Source of the DNA: an uncultured SAR86 cluster bacterium
GTDB lineage: Bacteria; Pseudomonadota; Gammaproteobacteria; Magnimaribacterales; D2472
NCBI GenBank assembly: GCA_902622845.1
Contig: CACNRI010000003.1
Span: forward strand, 42,080 to 106,079
Length of the DNA: 64,000 nucleotides
Reading direction: 5' to 3'
Shown here: one piece after another, positions 28,635-38,793 of the stretch
Position numbering within the stretch: the stretch's first letter is position 1
How the letters are laid out: each line of letters starts with the position of its first letter
Program-made: the position numbers and the translations under genes
Notes under the pieces: generated by a model
What the model saw: the letters and a program-made list of their open reading frames with translations, nothing else
The model's database searches: none
Told to the model about the DNA's origin: nothing

Positions 28635-31399
28635 AACAAAATTCATTAAAAAGATTATTTTCTTACTCATGGAGATATAAATGGTCTTTCTTAATAAGTA
28701 TTTTTGGTTTTATTCTATTTGCATCAGCTGACATAGCAGCAGTTGAGTGGATTAGGCAAATTATTGGTTTCATTAATGATAACTCAGATGATAAACAACA
28801 ACTTCTTGCTTTATCTTTAATTGGTATTGCTCTTGCACGAGGATTGGGTTTCTTTATTGGAAATTACTTTATGGCTAGAGTAGGATTTGGAGTTGTTTAC
28901 CATCTTAGGGATGAACTATTTAAAAAGTTACATCAGCTTCCAAAAAAATATTTTGATCAAAATCAGTCTGGTCAATTAATTAATAGAATTACATTCACAA
29001 CAACCCAAGTATCTGGTGCAGCATCTAATGCTATTAAAACCTTAGTCAGGGAAGGGTTTTTATTAATAGGTTTATTCTTTTATATGATCTATCTTAACTG
29101 GAAGTTAACGCTACTTCTTATTGTTACTGCACCTTTAATTGCAATAATTGTTTATTTTGCTGGTAAAAGACTAAGAAGACTTGCAAAAAAAATACAAACA
29201 GCAATGGGCGATGTTACTCATATTGCATCAGAAGCCGTAAATGGCCATGTTGAAATTAAATCATTTGGTGCTGAAGAGTATGAAAATAGCAGATTTGCAG
29301 ATGCTAACTCTTCAAATAAAGTTCAGAATCTTAAACTTGAAGCAACAAATAATCTTGCTACACCAATAATCCAATTTTTAGTTTCTATATCCCTTTCCCT
29401 AGTCGCATATTTTGCATTAGGTTCTTCATTAGGAATAACGCTTGATGCAGAAACTTTCGTAGCATTTTTTACAGCAGCAGGGTTGATGGCAAAACCTATA
29501 AGACAGTTATCAAGCATTAATGGTGTTATACAAAAAGGTTTAGCTGCTGCAAATGAGATATTTGATCAATTAGATTTTGATGACGAAGTTAATACTGGAG
29601 ATACAACAAAACCTATCGAAGGTGTTATAGAGTTTAAGGATGTTTCTTTTGGATATACAGGAGATAAAAATATATTAAATAATATAAATTTAACTGTTAA
29701 TAAGCATGAAACAATAGCATTTGTTGGTAAATCGGGATCGGGAAAATCTACATTAGCTAATCTTATTTCTAGATTTTATTCGGATTATACTGGACAGATA
29801 TTAATAGATGGAATTCCAAACAATGAATATGATTTAAGTTTTCTTAGAAAATCCATATCAATTGTTACTCAATCACCAACACTATTTAACGACACTATAG
29901 AAAGAAATATAGCCTATGGTGAAGACGAATTTGATACTGAGAGAGTAATGGAGTCTGCCAGATTAGCTGGATGTTTAGATTTTATAAATAAATTACCAGA
30001 AGGCATAAATTCAGAAATAGGTGATGATGGTGTACTACTGTCAGGCGGTCAAAGACAAAGGCTTGCAATAGCAAGAGCTTTTTATAAAAATTCTCCAATT
30101 ATTATACTGGATGAGGCCACGTCTGCTCTTGATACTGAATCGGAAGAATTAGTGCAAGAGTCACTTGAAAAATTAATATCTGATAGAACCACGATAGTTA
30201 TAGCTCATAGATTATCAACCATTGAAAATGCTGATCAAATAGTAGTACTGGATAATGGTCTTATATCGCAACAAGGAAAACATTCAGATTTACTTGAAGA
30301 AGAGGGCATATACGCTTCACTATATAAAAACGTTCCAATTGAAAGTAAGAAATCATCATCTCCATCCCTACAAAAAGTTTCATATTTACAGCCAATTGAC
30401 GATATTGAAAATAATTCCAGTTTTGTAATAAATGCTTGGTATCAAAAACATTTATGGCTGTATCTACTTTTACCATTCTCATGGATTTTTACTTTTCTAA
30501 CTAATAGACGAAGAAGAAAATATCTTAAAAACCAAATTTCGTCATTTAAAACAGATACTCCAGTTGTTGTTGTTGGAAATATAAATATCGGTGGAACAGG
30601 TAAAACACCTCTAGTTAAGCATATTGCTTCAAAACTAAAAGAGAGGGGTTTAAAGGTTGGAATTGTCTCAAGAGGCTATGGCGGTAACTTTTCAGGAACA
30701 CTTAGAGTTGATGATAATACAGAATATAAAAAATCAGGTGATGAAGCGCAAATGCTTGCTAATTTAAATGTTCCTTTATATTTAGATAAAAATAGACCAA
30801 GAGCAATTCAAAATCTAATAAATGAAAATGATTGTGACGTAATTTTATCTGATGATGGCCTTCAACATTATAAAATGTATCGTGATATTGAAATTATCGT
30901 CATAGATGGATCTAGAAGACTTGGAAATGGTTTAACATTCCCAGCTGGACCTCTAAGAGAATCGTCAAAAAGATTAAAAACAGGAAACTACATTATCAAT
31001 AATGGCGGACCAACTAAGGATGGTGAAATTCTAATGACCCTTCAGCCAAGTAAATTTGTGCATTTAAATACTGGTAAATCCTATGATATTGATAAATGGC
31101 CTATGCATAATCAGATACATGCGGTTGCCGGTTTAGGTAATCCTGGTAGATTTTTTGATACATTATCTCAACTAAATTTTGATATCGAAAGACATCCATT
31201 TCCTGATCATCATCAATTTGAAGAAAGCGATCTTGAATTTCTTGATCATCATCCAATAATAATGACTGAAAAAGATTCAGCTCGTTGTAAGAATTTTGAA
31301 AATCCTAGAATATGGTATTTAACTGTCGAGCCAAAAATAGAGGAATCATTTATTAATGATCTAGAATCAAGAATACGATCTTTACTAAGCGATGAATGA
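28631..31399 (+). CDS. msbA/lpxK: fusion protein: lipid A export ABC transporter MsbA (N-terminal, about 570 aa) plus tetraacyldisaccharide 4'-kinase LpxK (C-terminal, about 325 aa)
   Basis: One uninterrupted 922-codon frame. MsbA part has 6 TM, GKSGSGKST, LSGGQRQR and ILDEATSALD. LpxK part has WYQKHLWLYLLLPFSWIF, VVVVGNINIGGTGKTP and VSRGYGG. Confidence 0.9.
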   Translation: MKQNSLKRLFSYSWRYKWSFLISIFGFILFASADIAAVEWIRQIIGFINDNSDDKQQLLALSLIGIALARGLGFFIGNYFMARVGFGVVYHLRDELFKKLHQLPKKYFDQNQSGQLINRITFTTTQVSGAASNAIKTLVREGFLLIGLFFYMIYLNWKLTLLLIVTAPLIAIIVYFAGKRLRRLAKKIQTAMGDVTHIASEAVNGHVEIKSFGAEEYENSRFADANSSNKVQNLKLEATNNLATPIIQFLVSISLSLVAYFALGSSLGITLDAETFVAFFTAAGLMAKPIRQLSSINGVIQKGLAAANEIFDQLDFDDEVNTGDTTKPIEGVIEFKDVSFGYTGDKNILNNINLTVNKHETIAFVGKSGSGKSTLANLISRFYSDYTGQILIDGIPNNEYDLSFLRKSISIVTQSPTLFNDTIERNIAYGEDEFDTERVMESARLAGCLDFINKLPEGINSEIGDDGVLLSGGQRQRLAIARAFYKNSPIIILDEATSALDTESEELVQESLEKLISDRTTIVIAHRLSTIENADQIVVLDNGLISQQGKHSDLLEEEGIYASLYKNVPIESKKSSSPSLQKVSYLQPIDDIENNSSFVINAWYQKHLWLYLLLPFSWIFTFLTNRRRRKYLKNQISSFKTDTPVVVVGNINIGGTGKTPLVKHIASKLKERGLKVGIVSRGYGGNFSGTLRVDDNTEYKKSGDEAQMLANLNVPLYLDKNRPRAIQNLINENDCDVILSDDGLQHYKMYRDIEIIVIDGSRRLGNGLTFPAGPLRESSKRLKTGNYIINNGGPTKDGEILMTLQPSKFVHLNTGKSYDIDKWPMHNQIHAVAGLGNPGRFFDTLSQLNFDIERHPFPDHHQFEESDLEFLDHHPIIMTEKDSARCKNFENPRIWYLTVEPKIEESFINDLESRIRSLLSDE

Positions 31400-32126
31400 G
31401 TTTATCGTAATAATTCCTTCAAGACTTTCTAGTACAAGACTTAAAGAAAAACCTCTTCTAGACCTAAATGGTAAGAGTTTGATTGAAAGAGTTTATCTCA
31501 GAGCCATTCAGAGCAATGCAAAAGAAGTTTTTATAGCAACTGATTCAAAAAAGATTGAGGATCATGTAAAAAACTTTTCACCTAATGTCATCTTAACCTC
31601 AAAAGAGCATGAGTCTGGTACAGATAGAGTTCATGAATGTGCGGAAAAATTAAATATTAGTGATGACATGGTCATTGTTAATGTTCAAGGTGATGAACCA
31701 TTTATAGATCCAGAAACAATAAATAAAACAGCAGATATAATTTTTAATAATAAAAATGCATCTGTTGGTTCAGCATGTACGTTGTTTAAAGATAATGATT
31801 TTAATGATCCCAATAATGTAAAAGTTTATTTATCAGACTCAAATAGAGCTATAAATTTTTTAAGAAATGTTGATCCAATCGATCTCTCAAAGAATAAAGA
31901 AAAGTATTTACAACATGTAGGTATATATTCATATAATTATGAAACTTTAAGTACTTTTGTTTCATTACCCAGATCTAAAAATGAGATTTCTGAAAGCCTT
32001 GAGCAATTAAGATTTCTAGACAATGAACATGAGATCTATTTAGTTGAAATCGAAGAATTAAGTATAGGAATTGATACCGAGACTGATTATAAAAAAGCTT
32101 TAAAGATTCTTAATAATAATGACTAA
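31392..32126 (+). CDS. kdsB: 3-deoxy-manno-octulosonate cytidylyltransferase (CMP-Kdo synthetase)
   Basis: IIPSRLSSTRLKEKPL, NVQGDEPF, HVGIYSY blocks. Confidence 0.95.
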   Translation: MNEFIVIIPSRLSSTRLKEKPLLDLNGKSLIERVYLRAIQSNAKEVFIATDSKKIEDHVKNFSPNVILTSKEHESGTDRVHECAEKLNISDDMVIVNVQGDEPFIDPETINKTADIIFNNKNASVGSACTLFKDNDFNDPNNVKVYLSDSNRAINFLRNVDPIDLSKNKEKYLQHVGIYSYNYETLSTFVSLPRSKNEISESLEQLRFLDNEHEIYLVEIEELSIGIDTETDYKKALKILNNND

Positions 32127-33102
32127 ATACGAAACAAAGATTAAAAATTCTTTAAATCTACCTTGTCATTCAAACACGCTATATGAAATTGAATCAACTG
32201 AAGATCTTCTTAAGGTTGACTACAACAAATATGATGAATTATTGATTATAGGAGAATGTACAAATTTAGTACTTCCTACAAAACTAAATAAAAAAGTAAT
32301 TAAATCAAAAAATACAAATGTTAATAAAATATCATCAACCATGTATAGAGTTGGATCTGCTGTAAATTGGAATGATTTTGTATTAAGTATTATTGAAGAT
32401 AATAGATTTGGTATTGAAAATTTAATAGGTATTCCTGGATCTGTAGGTGCAGCACCAGTTCAAAATATAGGGGCATATGGAGTTCAGGTTTCTGATTTTA
32501 TTAAAAGTATTAATGTCTATGACTTTAAAGATAAAACTTTTAAAAAACTTCTAAAAGATCAATGTGATTTTGGCTATAGATCTTCAATTTTTCAAACTAA
32601 ACCATATTTTATTATTGATATTGATTTTGAATTTAATCATATTGAAAAACTGAATATGGATTATGAGGGTATAAGACACCTTATTACTGCTCAAGACAAA
32701 GATATAACATCTATAACCTCAAAAGAACTAGGTTCGATTATCTGTGAGCTACGAGATTCAAAGCTGCCTAACCCTAAAGTTATACCAAATGCTGGAAGCT
32801 TTTTTAAAAATCCTATAATTAATGAAAAGAATATTTCATACAAGAACTTTAAAAAAGAAGATTTAATAATATGGGATCATGATAAACCAAATGTAAAAGT
32901 TGGAGCAGGAAGACTTATTGAGCTTATAAAAAACACTCTAAATCAAGAAGCTATTGATAATTTACATTCAAGTCACGCTCTAATAATTACCAACAAAAAT
33001 AATATTACTTATGATGACATAATAAAAATTTCTCAAGACATTCAATCAAAAGTCTACAAAGAGTTTAATATTCTCTTAGAGATAGAACCAACGATAATAT
33101 AA
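32119..33102 (+). CDS. murB: UDP-N-acetylenolpyruvoylglucosamine reductase
   Basis: IPGSVGAAPVQNIGAYG, GYRSSIF, NAGSFFKNP blocks. Confidence 0.9.
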   Translation: MTKYETKIKNSLNLPCHSNTLYEIESTEDLLKVDYNKYDELLIIGECTNLVLPTKLNKKVIKSKNTNVNKISSTMYRVGSAVNWNDFVLSIIEDNRFGIENLIGIPGSVGAAPVQNIGAYGVQVSDFIKSINVYDFKDKTFKKLLKDQCDFGYRSSIFQTKPYFIIDIDFEFNHIEKLNMDYEGIRHLITAQDKDITSITSKELGSIICELRDSKLPNPKVIPNAGSFFKNPIINEKNISYKNFKKEDLIIWDHDKPNVKVGAGRLIELIKNTLNQEAIDNLHSSHALIITNKNNITYDDIIKISQDIQSKVYKEFNILLEIEPTII

Positions 33103-33104
33103 AA

Positions 33105-33695
33105 ATGATTTATGCAGCTTTAGCTCATTTATTTGCTGTAATGAGCCCAGGACCAGATACAGCAATAATTATTAGAGAAGTTTCGCTTAATAAAAGAAGT
33201 GGGGGATTATTTTGTGCATTTGGGATTGGAGTTGGGATATTAATTCATTGTTACTTGGCAATATTTGGTATATCAACTCTATTACTTTCAAATAATATTG
33301 CGGGTGATCTTATATCTATGCTTGGGTCTTTTTATTTAATATTTATAGGTATCTCATCATTTAAAATTGAATCGCAGACATCTGAAAAATCCCAATTAAT
33401 GTCTAGCAGCTTCATAAATGGATTTATTACAAACATCTTTAATATAAAAGCTTTTATCTTCTTTATTTCGTTATTTTCAATCATTCTTAATGATGATATT
33501 TCATCTATTGGAAAGATCTTTATCCCTATCTACTTTGCAGTAGCTACTTCTTTATGGTTTTCATTCTTAACTGTAGTTCTTACACACGATAATATTCAAA
33601 AGAGATGGGAGCCAGTTCAAGAAATTATAAATAAGATTTCAGGATCTATCCTTATTGCTCTTGGATGTTTAATTCTAATAAATATACTTTTCTAG
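33105..33695 (+). CDS. LysE/RhtB family amino-acid exporter
   Basis: N-terminal SPGPDTAIII motif, about six hydrophobic spans, 196 aa. Confidence 0.85.
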   Translation: MIYAALAHLFAVMSPGPDTAIIIREVSLNKRSGGLFCAFGIGVGILIHCYLAIFGISTLLLSNNIAGDLISMLGSFYLIFIGISSFKIESQTSEKSQLMSSSFINGFITNIFNIKAFIFFISLFSIILNDDISSIGKIFIPIYFAVATSLWFSFLTVVLTHDNIQKRWEPVQEIINKISGSILIALGCLILINILF

Positions 33696-34561
33696 AATAA
33701 CTCCAATAGCATACAACGAACTGAGCCACCACCAATTTTTTCAATTGTGGGAATATTTATATCTACGATATCGTAATATCTTTCAATAAATCTTTTTTGT
33801 ATTAAATCGAAAGCTTTAAGACCAGATGTAGATATTAAAAATTTAGCTTCGTTATTAATATTTCTCACTACTATGGCATTCCCAGAAAAATTTTTGACCT
33901 GCTCTATAGATAAATTAAGAATCTTATGAGTTTTTTCAATATTTGATAGTAAGTTTTTGGAGTCGGAAATTGAATCAAAACATATGCCAGCAAATTTATT
34001 TGTAATAAACATCAGAACATTTGTATGGTAAGTGGGTTTTTTATCTATATAGCTTTTAAAATGAACAAGGTCATATCCTCTAAGTTGAGACCATTTTGAA
34101 GCTAAACTTACGTTTGATCTATTTGATTCAGCCATATATGCGGTTTTGTTAACTCTATCTAAAACCAATGAACCCGTTCCCTCTAAAAAAAAATTTTCTG
34201 CTTCATACTCAGTTAAATCATTTTTAAGCGAATAGTTTGTATTTAAAAAATTTATGTTTGATTTTGATCTTTCTAGACGTCTATTAGGAGATTGCATACT
34301 AAATAAGTCATAAGTTCCATCTTCAAAAGTTACAACCCAATTATTAGGATATATGCTATCAGGTGAATTTTTTGGACTCTTTAGAATATTAAATGAGATC
34401 TTATTTTTATCTAATGTTCTTATAAAGTTATCAAACTCCTCAAAAATCTTTAGCTTATTAAATTGAACATCATTTTGAAAAACATTTGTATCAAACGTCT
34501 CTGTATTAAAATTAAAATTTGATGGCTCAACTAGAGCTAATTTATTTGCTGATTGATCCAA
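33692..34561 (-). CDS. amidinotransferase-fold hydrolase (CtlX / DDAH / arginine-deiminase-related)
   Basis: C-terminal GGGSVRCMLLELF (catalytic Cys context), PNNWV, LEGTGSLVLD blocks. Confidence 0.65.
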   Translation of the reverse strand: MDQSANKLALVEPSNFNFNTETFDTNVFQNDVQFNKLKIFEEFDNFIRTLDKNKISFNILKSPKNSPDSIYPNNWVVTFEDGTYDLFSMQSPNRRLERSKSNINFLNTNYSLKNDLTEYEAENFFLEGTGSLVLDRVNKTAYMAESNRSNVSLASKWSQLRGYDLVHFKSYIDKKPTYHTNVLMFITNKFAGICFDSISDSKNLLSNIEKTHKILNLSIEQVKNFSGNAIVVRNINNEAKFLISTSGLKAFDLIQKRFIERYYDIVDINIPTIEKIGGGSVRCMLLELF

Positions 34562-36318
34562 GAATTTATATTTTCCTCAAGAACATAAAGAGGTATGCCT
34601 CCATGTCTCAAAACCTCATGATGGAATTCTTTAATATCAAACTCATCACCTAACTTATTCTCAGAAATAGCTCTAAGTTCCTTAATTTTAAGTTCACCAA
34701 TTTTGTATGCCAATGCTTGACCAGGCCAATTAATATACCTATCAATCTCATTTATGACATCCTGTTTTGTTTTTGCTGCATTGTCTAAGAAATATTCAAT
34801 TGCTTGTTGTCTTGACCATCCTTTGTAATGCATACCGGTATCAACAACAAGTCTTACTGCTCGCCACATTTCATATGTTAGCTGACCAAATTTGGAATAT
34901 GGATCTTTATACATCCCTAAATCTTCACCTAAACTTTCAGCATATAAACCCCATCCTTCAACGAATGCAGTATAACCCCCATATTTTCTAAAGTTCGGTA
35001 AATCTAATTCCATCGTATAAGCAATTTGTAAATGATGACCTGGCATTGCCTCATGAAGTGATAGCGCTTCTATTTCATATTTAGGTCTAACCTCAGGCAT
35101 ATATAGGTTTACATAGTAATATCCAGCTCTTGAACCATCAGCAGCAGGTCTTTGATAGTAGGCTGTTGTAGTATCAGGAGCGCTCTCCATTGGTATAGGT
35201 TTTAATCCATATGGCATAGAAGGTAAGTCTTTAAATAATTTAACCAACAAAGGATCTATTCTTTTAGATGTTGCAAGATATTCAGTAAAGAGCTCTTCAC
35301 CTGTTTCAAAGTAAAACTGGCTATCTGTCCTTAAATAGTCTAAGAATTCATCAAAACTTCCATTCCATTGAACTTGATCCATAATCTTAAACATTTCATT
35401 CTTTATCCTTGTTACTTCACTTAATCCAATATTATGTATTTCATCTGGGGTGAGCTCGGTAGTTGTAAATTGCCTAGCGATGAGTTCATAGTATTGTGAA
35501 CCATTTTTAATATCACTAATCCCAATTGTGTCTCTACAATTAGGATAATAAGAATTTTCAAAGAAATTTAATAACTTTGCATAAGAGGGTATTACAACAT
35601 TGGTTATAGTAATTTTTGCTTGTTCTCTTATTTGTTCTTGTTCTTGACTTGATATTTCATCTGGTAAAACCTCAAATGCATCATAGAAAGGACTATTTAT
35701 ATAAGAATCAACATTTTGTAATTTGATTTGATTTAAGACTCTGCTCATTAGAACTTTAGGCGGCATGACTTGATTTTCAATACCTTGGTTTGCTAGAGCA
35801 ATATATTGATCAATTACATCATCAAGTTTTTCTAGACGAGAAATCCAATCCATATATTGTTGAAAATTACGAAGAGGCAATGATTCAGCTGTTTCGTGTT
35901 GCAGTTGAATACCGCCTCTATGACTGAAAGGTAGTAAATGTATTTGATATTGATGCTTATCTGCAGAGTTTTTGTAACCATCTAAAAACAATCGATAGTT
36001 TAGTTTATTTTCATCTGAGAAATCATTGACACTCATCATCTCAAGTTCTTCTATAACTTTTAATGTATGTTCATGATCTCTATTTATCTTCTCAATTGAA
36101 TAATCAGGCCATAGTGTATTGAAGCGCAAATCTCCCATATAAGATGCATAGATAGGATTGTCCTCCACTGATTTAGCAAATTCTTTATCTAGAAGTTCTA
36201 AAAATTTTTGCTCATCATTAGTTTTAGAAAAGAAATTAGGTATTAGAGATAAATTAAAAGCAACAATTAAACCTAATGATAGCAATCCTGTATAAAGAAT
36301 GTATCTAAGTTTAAACAT
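34537..36318 (-). CDS. DUF885 family protein (metallopeptidase-like), secreted
   Basis: HEAMPGHHLQ motif, 593 aa, N-terminal hydrophobic signal/anchor. Confidence 0.8.
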   Translation of the reverse strand: MFKLRYILYTGLLSLGLIVAFNLSLIPNFFSKTNDEQKFLELLDKEFAKSVEDNPIYASYMGDLRFNTLWPDYSIEKINRDHEHTLKVIEELEMMSVNDFSDENKLNYRLFLDGYKNSADKHQYQIHLLPFSHRGGIQLQHETAESLPLRNFQQYMDWISRLEKLDDVIDQYIALANQGIENQVMPPKVLMSRVLNQIKLQNVDSYINSPFYDAFEVLPDEISSQEQEQIREQAKITITNVVIPSYAKLLNFFENSYYPNCRDTIGISDIKNGSQYYELIARQFTTTELTPDEIHNIGLSEVTRIKNEMFKIMDQVQWNGSFDEFLDYLRTDSQFYFETGEELFTEYLATSKRIDPLLVKLFKDLPSMPYGLKPIPMESAPDTTTAYYQRPAADGSRAGYYYVNLYMPEVRPKYEIEALSLHEAMPGHHLQIAYTMELDLPNFRKYGGYTAFVEGWGLYAESLGEDLGMYKDPYSKFGQLTYEMWRAVRLVVDTGMHYKGWSRQQAIEYFLDNAAKTKQDVINEIDRYINWPGQALAYKIGELKIKELRAISENKLGDEFDIKEFHHEVLRHGGIPLYVLEENINSWINQQIN

Positions 36319-37961
36319 TACATATTAAGATAATTTGGACCACCCATACCTTCAGGTGTTACCCAAGTAATATTTTGCGATGGGTCCTTAATATCACATG
36401 TTTTACAATGAACACAATTTTGAGCGTTAATGACAAATTTATCTTGATTATTCTCATTAACAACCTCGTAAACACCTGCAGGACAATATCTCTGAGCTGG
36501 TTCAGCATATTTGGGTAAATTTACACTTATTGGGATATTTTCATCTCTTAATTTCAAATGACATGGCTGATCTTCCTCATGTGAAGTATTCGATAGATAG
36601 ACAGAACTAAGTTTATCAAAAGATATAACCCCATCTGGTTTGGGATAATTAATTTTAGGCATCTTAGATGCATCTTCCAAGCAAGCATAATCTGGAGTAG
36701 GGTGATTTAAAGTAAATGGTAAATTGCCTCTAAAAACAAATTGATCTATAGCCGCTAAGATAGGGCCAAATAGATTACCAAATTTATGTAATAACGGGCC
36801 AAAGTTCCTTGCTTTGTAAAGTTCTTTTTGAAGCCAGGACTTTTGGATTCTATCTTCATAAAGAACAAGATCTGAACCAATATTATTTTTTTCTATTGCC
36901 TCATGTATAACTTCAGCAGCAATCATCCCAGATTTCATTGCTGTATGAGTGCCTTTAATTTTAGGGAAATTGAGTGTACCTGCATTATCACCAACAATAA
37001 GTCCACCATTAAATGACATTTTTGGTCGAGACTGGAAACCACCTTTTATGAGTGCTCTTGCACCATAAGCCACTCTGGTTCCATCTTTTAGAAGCTTAGA
37101 TATACCAGAATTATGCTTCCATTGTTGAAATTCATCATATGGACTTAGATAAGGATTCTTATAATCTAATGGAACTACATAACCCATATAGAGTTGATTA
37201 TTTTTACCGTGGTAGCAATAAGATCCAGATGCTGTACCTTTAGCCGGCCAACCTGCAGTATGCATTACGGTCCCTTCTTTATGTAATTCAGGTTTGATAT
37301 CCCATATTTCTTTAAAACCTATCCCATAATGTTGTGGATCTTTACCTTGATCTAAATTAAATTTTTTAATTATCTGCTTACCAAGATGACCTCTACAACC
37401 TTCAGAAAGGACAGTGTATTTTGCTCTTAGCTCCATACTAGGCTGGTATGATGGTTTTTTTTCACCATCCTTAGTAACACCCATTTCACCAGTAACAATT
37501 CCCTTCAGCTGATCATTTTCAATAATTATTTCAGAAGCAGTAAAGCCAGCAAATATTTCAACACCAAGTGACTCTGCTTCTTTTGCGAGCCATCTACAAA
37601 AATTAGCAAGACTCATAATGTAATTACCATGATTGTTGAAATTAGGCATAAAAAATCCTGGTAGAGGAACGGGTATGGATATGTTTTCATTTACTAGGTA
37701 CCTAACAATATCTTTCTTTACGGGTGTATCAAGTGGTGCCTCTTTGTCCTTCCAATCGGGAATAAGCTCATTGAGAGCTGTAGGCTCAAATACATTGCCA
37801 GATAAAATATGAGCACCAACCTCAGATCCTTTTTCAATAACGCATATCGAATGATTCGTATTATTTTTTTTATTTAATTGGGCAAATTTTATAGCTGTAG
37901 ATAGTCCTGCAGGTCCAGCACCCACAACAAGGACATCATATTCCATTACATCACGTTCCAT
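36318..37961 (-). CDS. electron transfer flavoprotein-ubiquinone oxidoreductase
   Basis: DVLVVGAGPAGLS FAD motif and a C-terminal 4Fe-4S region (CPAGVYE..., CVHCKTCDIKDP). Confidence 0.95.
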   Translation of the reverse strand: MERDVMEYDVLVVGAGPAGLSTAIKFAQLNKKNNTNHSICVIEKGSEVGAHILSGNVFEPTALNELIPDWKDKEAPLDTPVKKDIVRYLVNENISIPVPLPGFFMPNFNNHGNYIMSLANFCRWLAKEAESLGVEIFAGFTASEIIIENDQLKGIVTGEMGVTKDGEKKPSYQPSMELRAKYTVLSEGCRGHLGKQIIKKFNLDQGKDPQHYGIGFKEIWDIKPELHKEGTVMHTAGWPAKGTASGSYCYHGKNNQLYMGYVVPLDYKNPYLSPYDEFQQWKHNSGISKLLKDGTRVAYGARALIKGGFQSRPKMSFNGGLIVGDNAGTLNFPKIKGTHTAMKSGMIAAEVIHEAIEKNNIGSDLVLYEDRIQKSWLQKELYKARNFGPLLHKFGNLFGPILAAIDQFVFRGNLPFTLNHPTPDYACLEDASKMPKINYPKPDGVISFDKLSSVYLSNTSHEEDQPCHLKLRDENIPISVNLPKYAEPAQRYCPAGVYEVVNENNQDKFVINAQNCVHCKTCDIKDPSQNITWVTPEGMGGPNYLNM

Positions 37962-38040
37962 AAATACTTCCTAAGCTCTTTAGAAATTGTGTAAAAAGCA
38001 TTACAATTATAGCCGCAAAACCCTTTAAACTTAACATATT

Positions 38041-38793
38041 ATGAAAATACTAGTACCTATAAAAAGAGTAGTGGACTATAACGTAAAGGTAAGGCCATTA
38101 TCTGATAATTCAAATGTTGATCTCAATAATGTAAAGATGTCAGTTAACCCCTTTTGTGAAATTGCTGTCGAAGAAGCAGTTAGATTAAAGGAATCCGGAC
38201 AAGCTTCGGAAGTAGTTGTTGTAACAGTTGGAGGTGATGAATCTCAAGAACAGCTAAGAGCATGTCTTGCACTTGGAGCAGATAGAGCAATTTTAGCTCA
38301 ATCTGAGGGCCTACTAGAGCCACTAGCTATTGCAAAAGTTTTAACCAAAATAGTTGAATCTGAAAATCCTAATCTTATAATCTTAGGCAAGCAAGCAATT
38401 GACGGAGATAATAACCAAACTGGTCAAATGTTAGCTTCTATGCTTGATATGCCCCAAGCTACTTTTGCATCCGAACTTAAAATTGAAGGGGATAATGCAT
38501 TAGTTACAAGAGAAATTGATGGTGGTTTACAAACAATAAATGTAACTCTTCCAGCAGTTGTTACGACGGATTTAAGACTTAATGAGCCAAGATATGCATC
38601 ATTGCCAAATATTATGCAAGCAAAGAAAAAAGAACTTTCCATTCAAAATGTTTCTGATCTTGGCATAGATGTATCTAATAGAACGTCAATTCTTTCAGTT
38701 GAATTGCCACCAACACGTGAAGCCGGTGTAATGGTTGATTCGGTTGATGAATTAGTTGAAAAATTAAAAAATGAAGCAAAGGTAATAACATGA
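38041..38793 (+). CDS. etfB: electron transfer flavoprotein subunit beta
   Basis: [18 protein letters not shown]..., [18 protein letters not shown]. Confidence 0.95.
   Translation: MKILVPIKRVVDYNVKVRPLSDNSNVDLNNVKMSVNPFCEIAVEEAVRLKESGQASEVVVVTVGGDESQEQLRACLALGADRAILAQSEGLLEPLAIAKVLTKIVESENPNLIILGKQAIDGDNNQTGQMLASMLDMPQATFASELKIEGDNALVTREIDGGLQTINVTLPAVVTTDLRLNEPRYASLPNIMQAKKKELSIQNVSDLGIDVSNRTSILSVELPPTREAGVMVDSVDELVEKLKNEAKVIT

Noticed and set aside
30332-30425. MsbA-LpxK junction as a frameshift or assembly artefact
   Set aside because: Both halves are in the same frame with no stop, and the linker is a plausible polar Ser-rich tether, so no frameshift is needed to explain it. A missing stop plus start cannot be excluded without reads, hence it is kept as a finding with that caveat.
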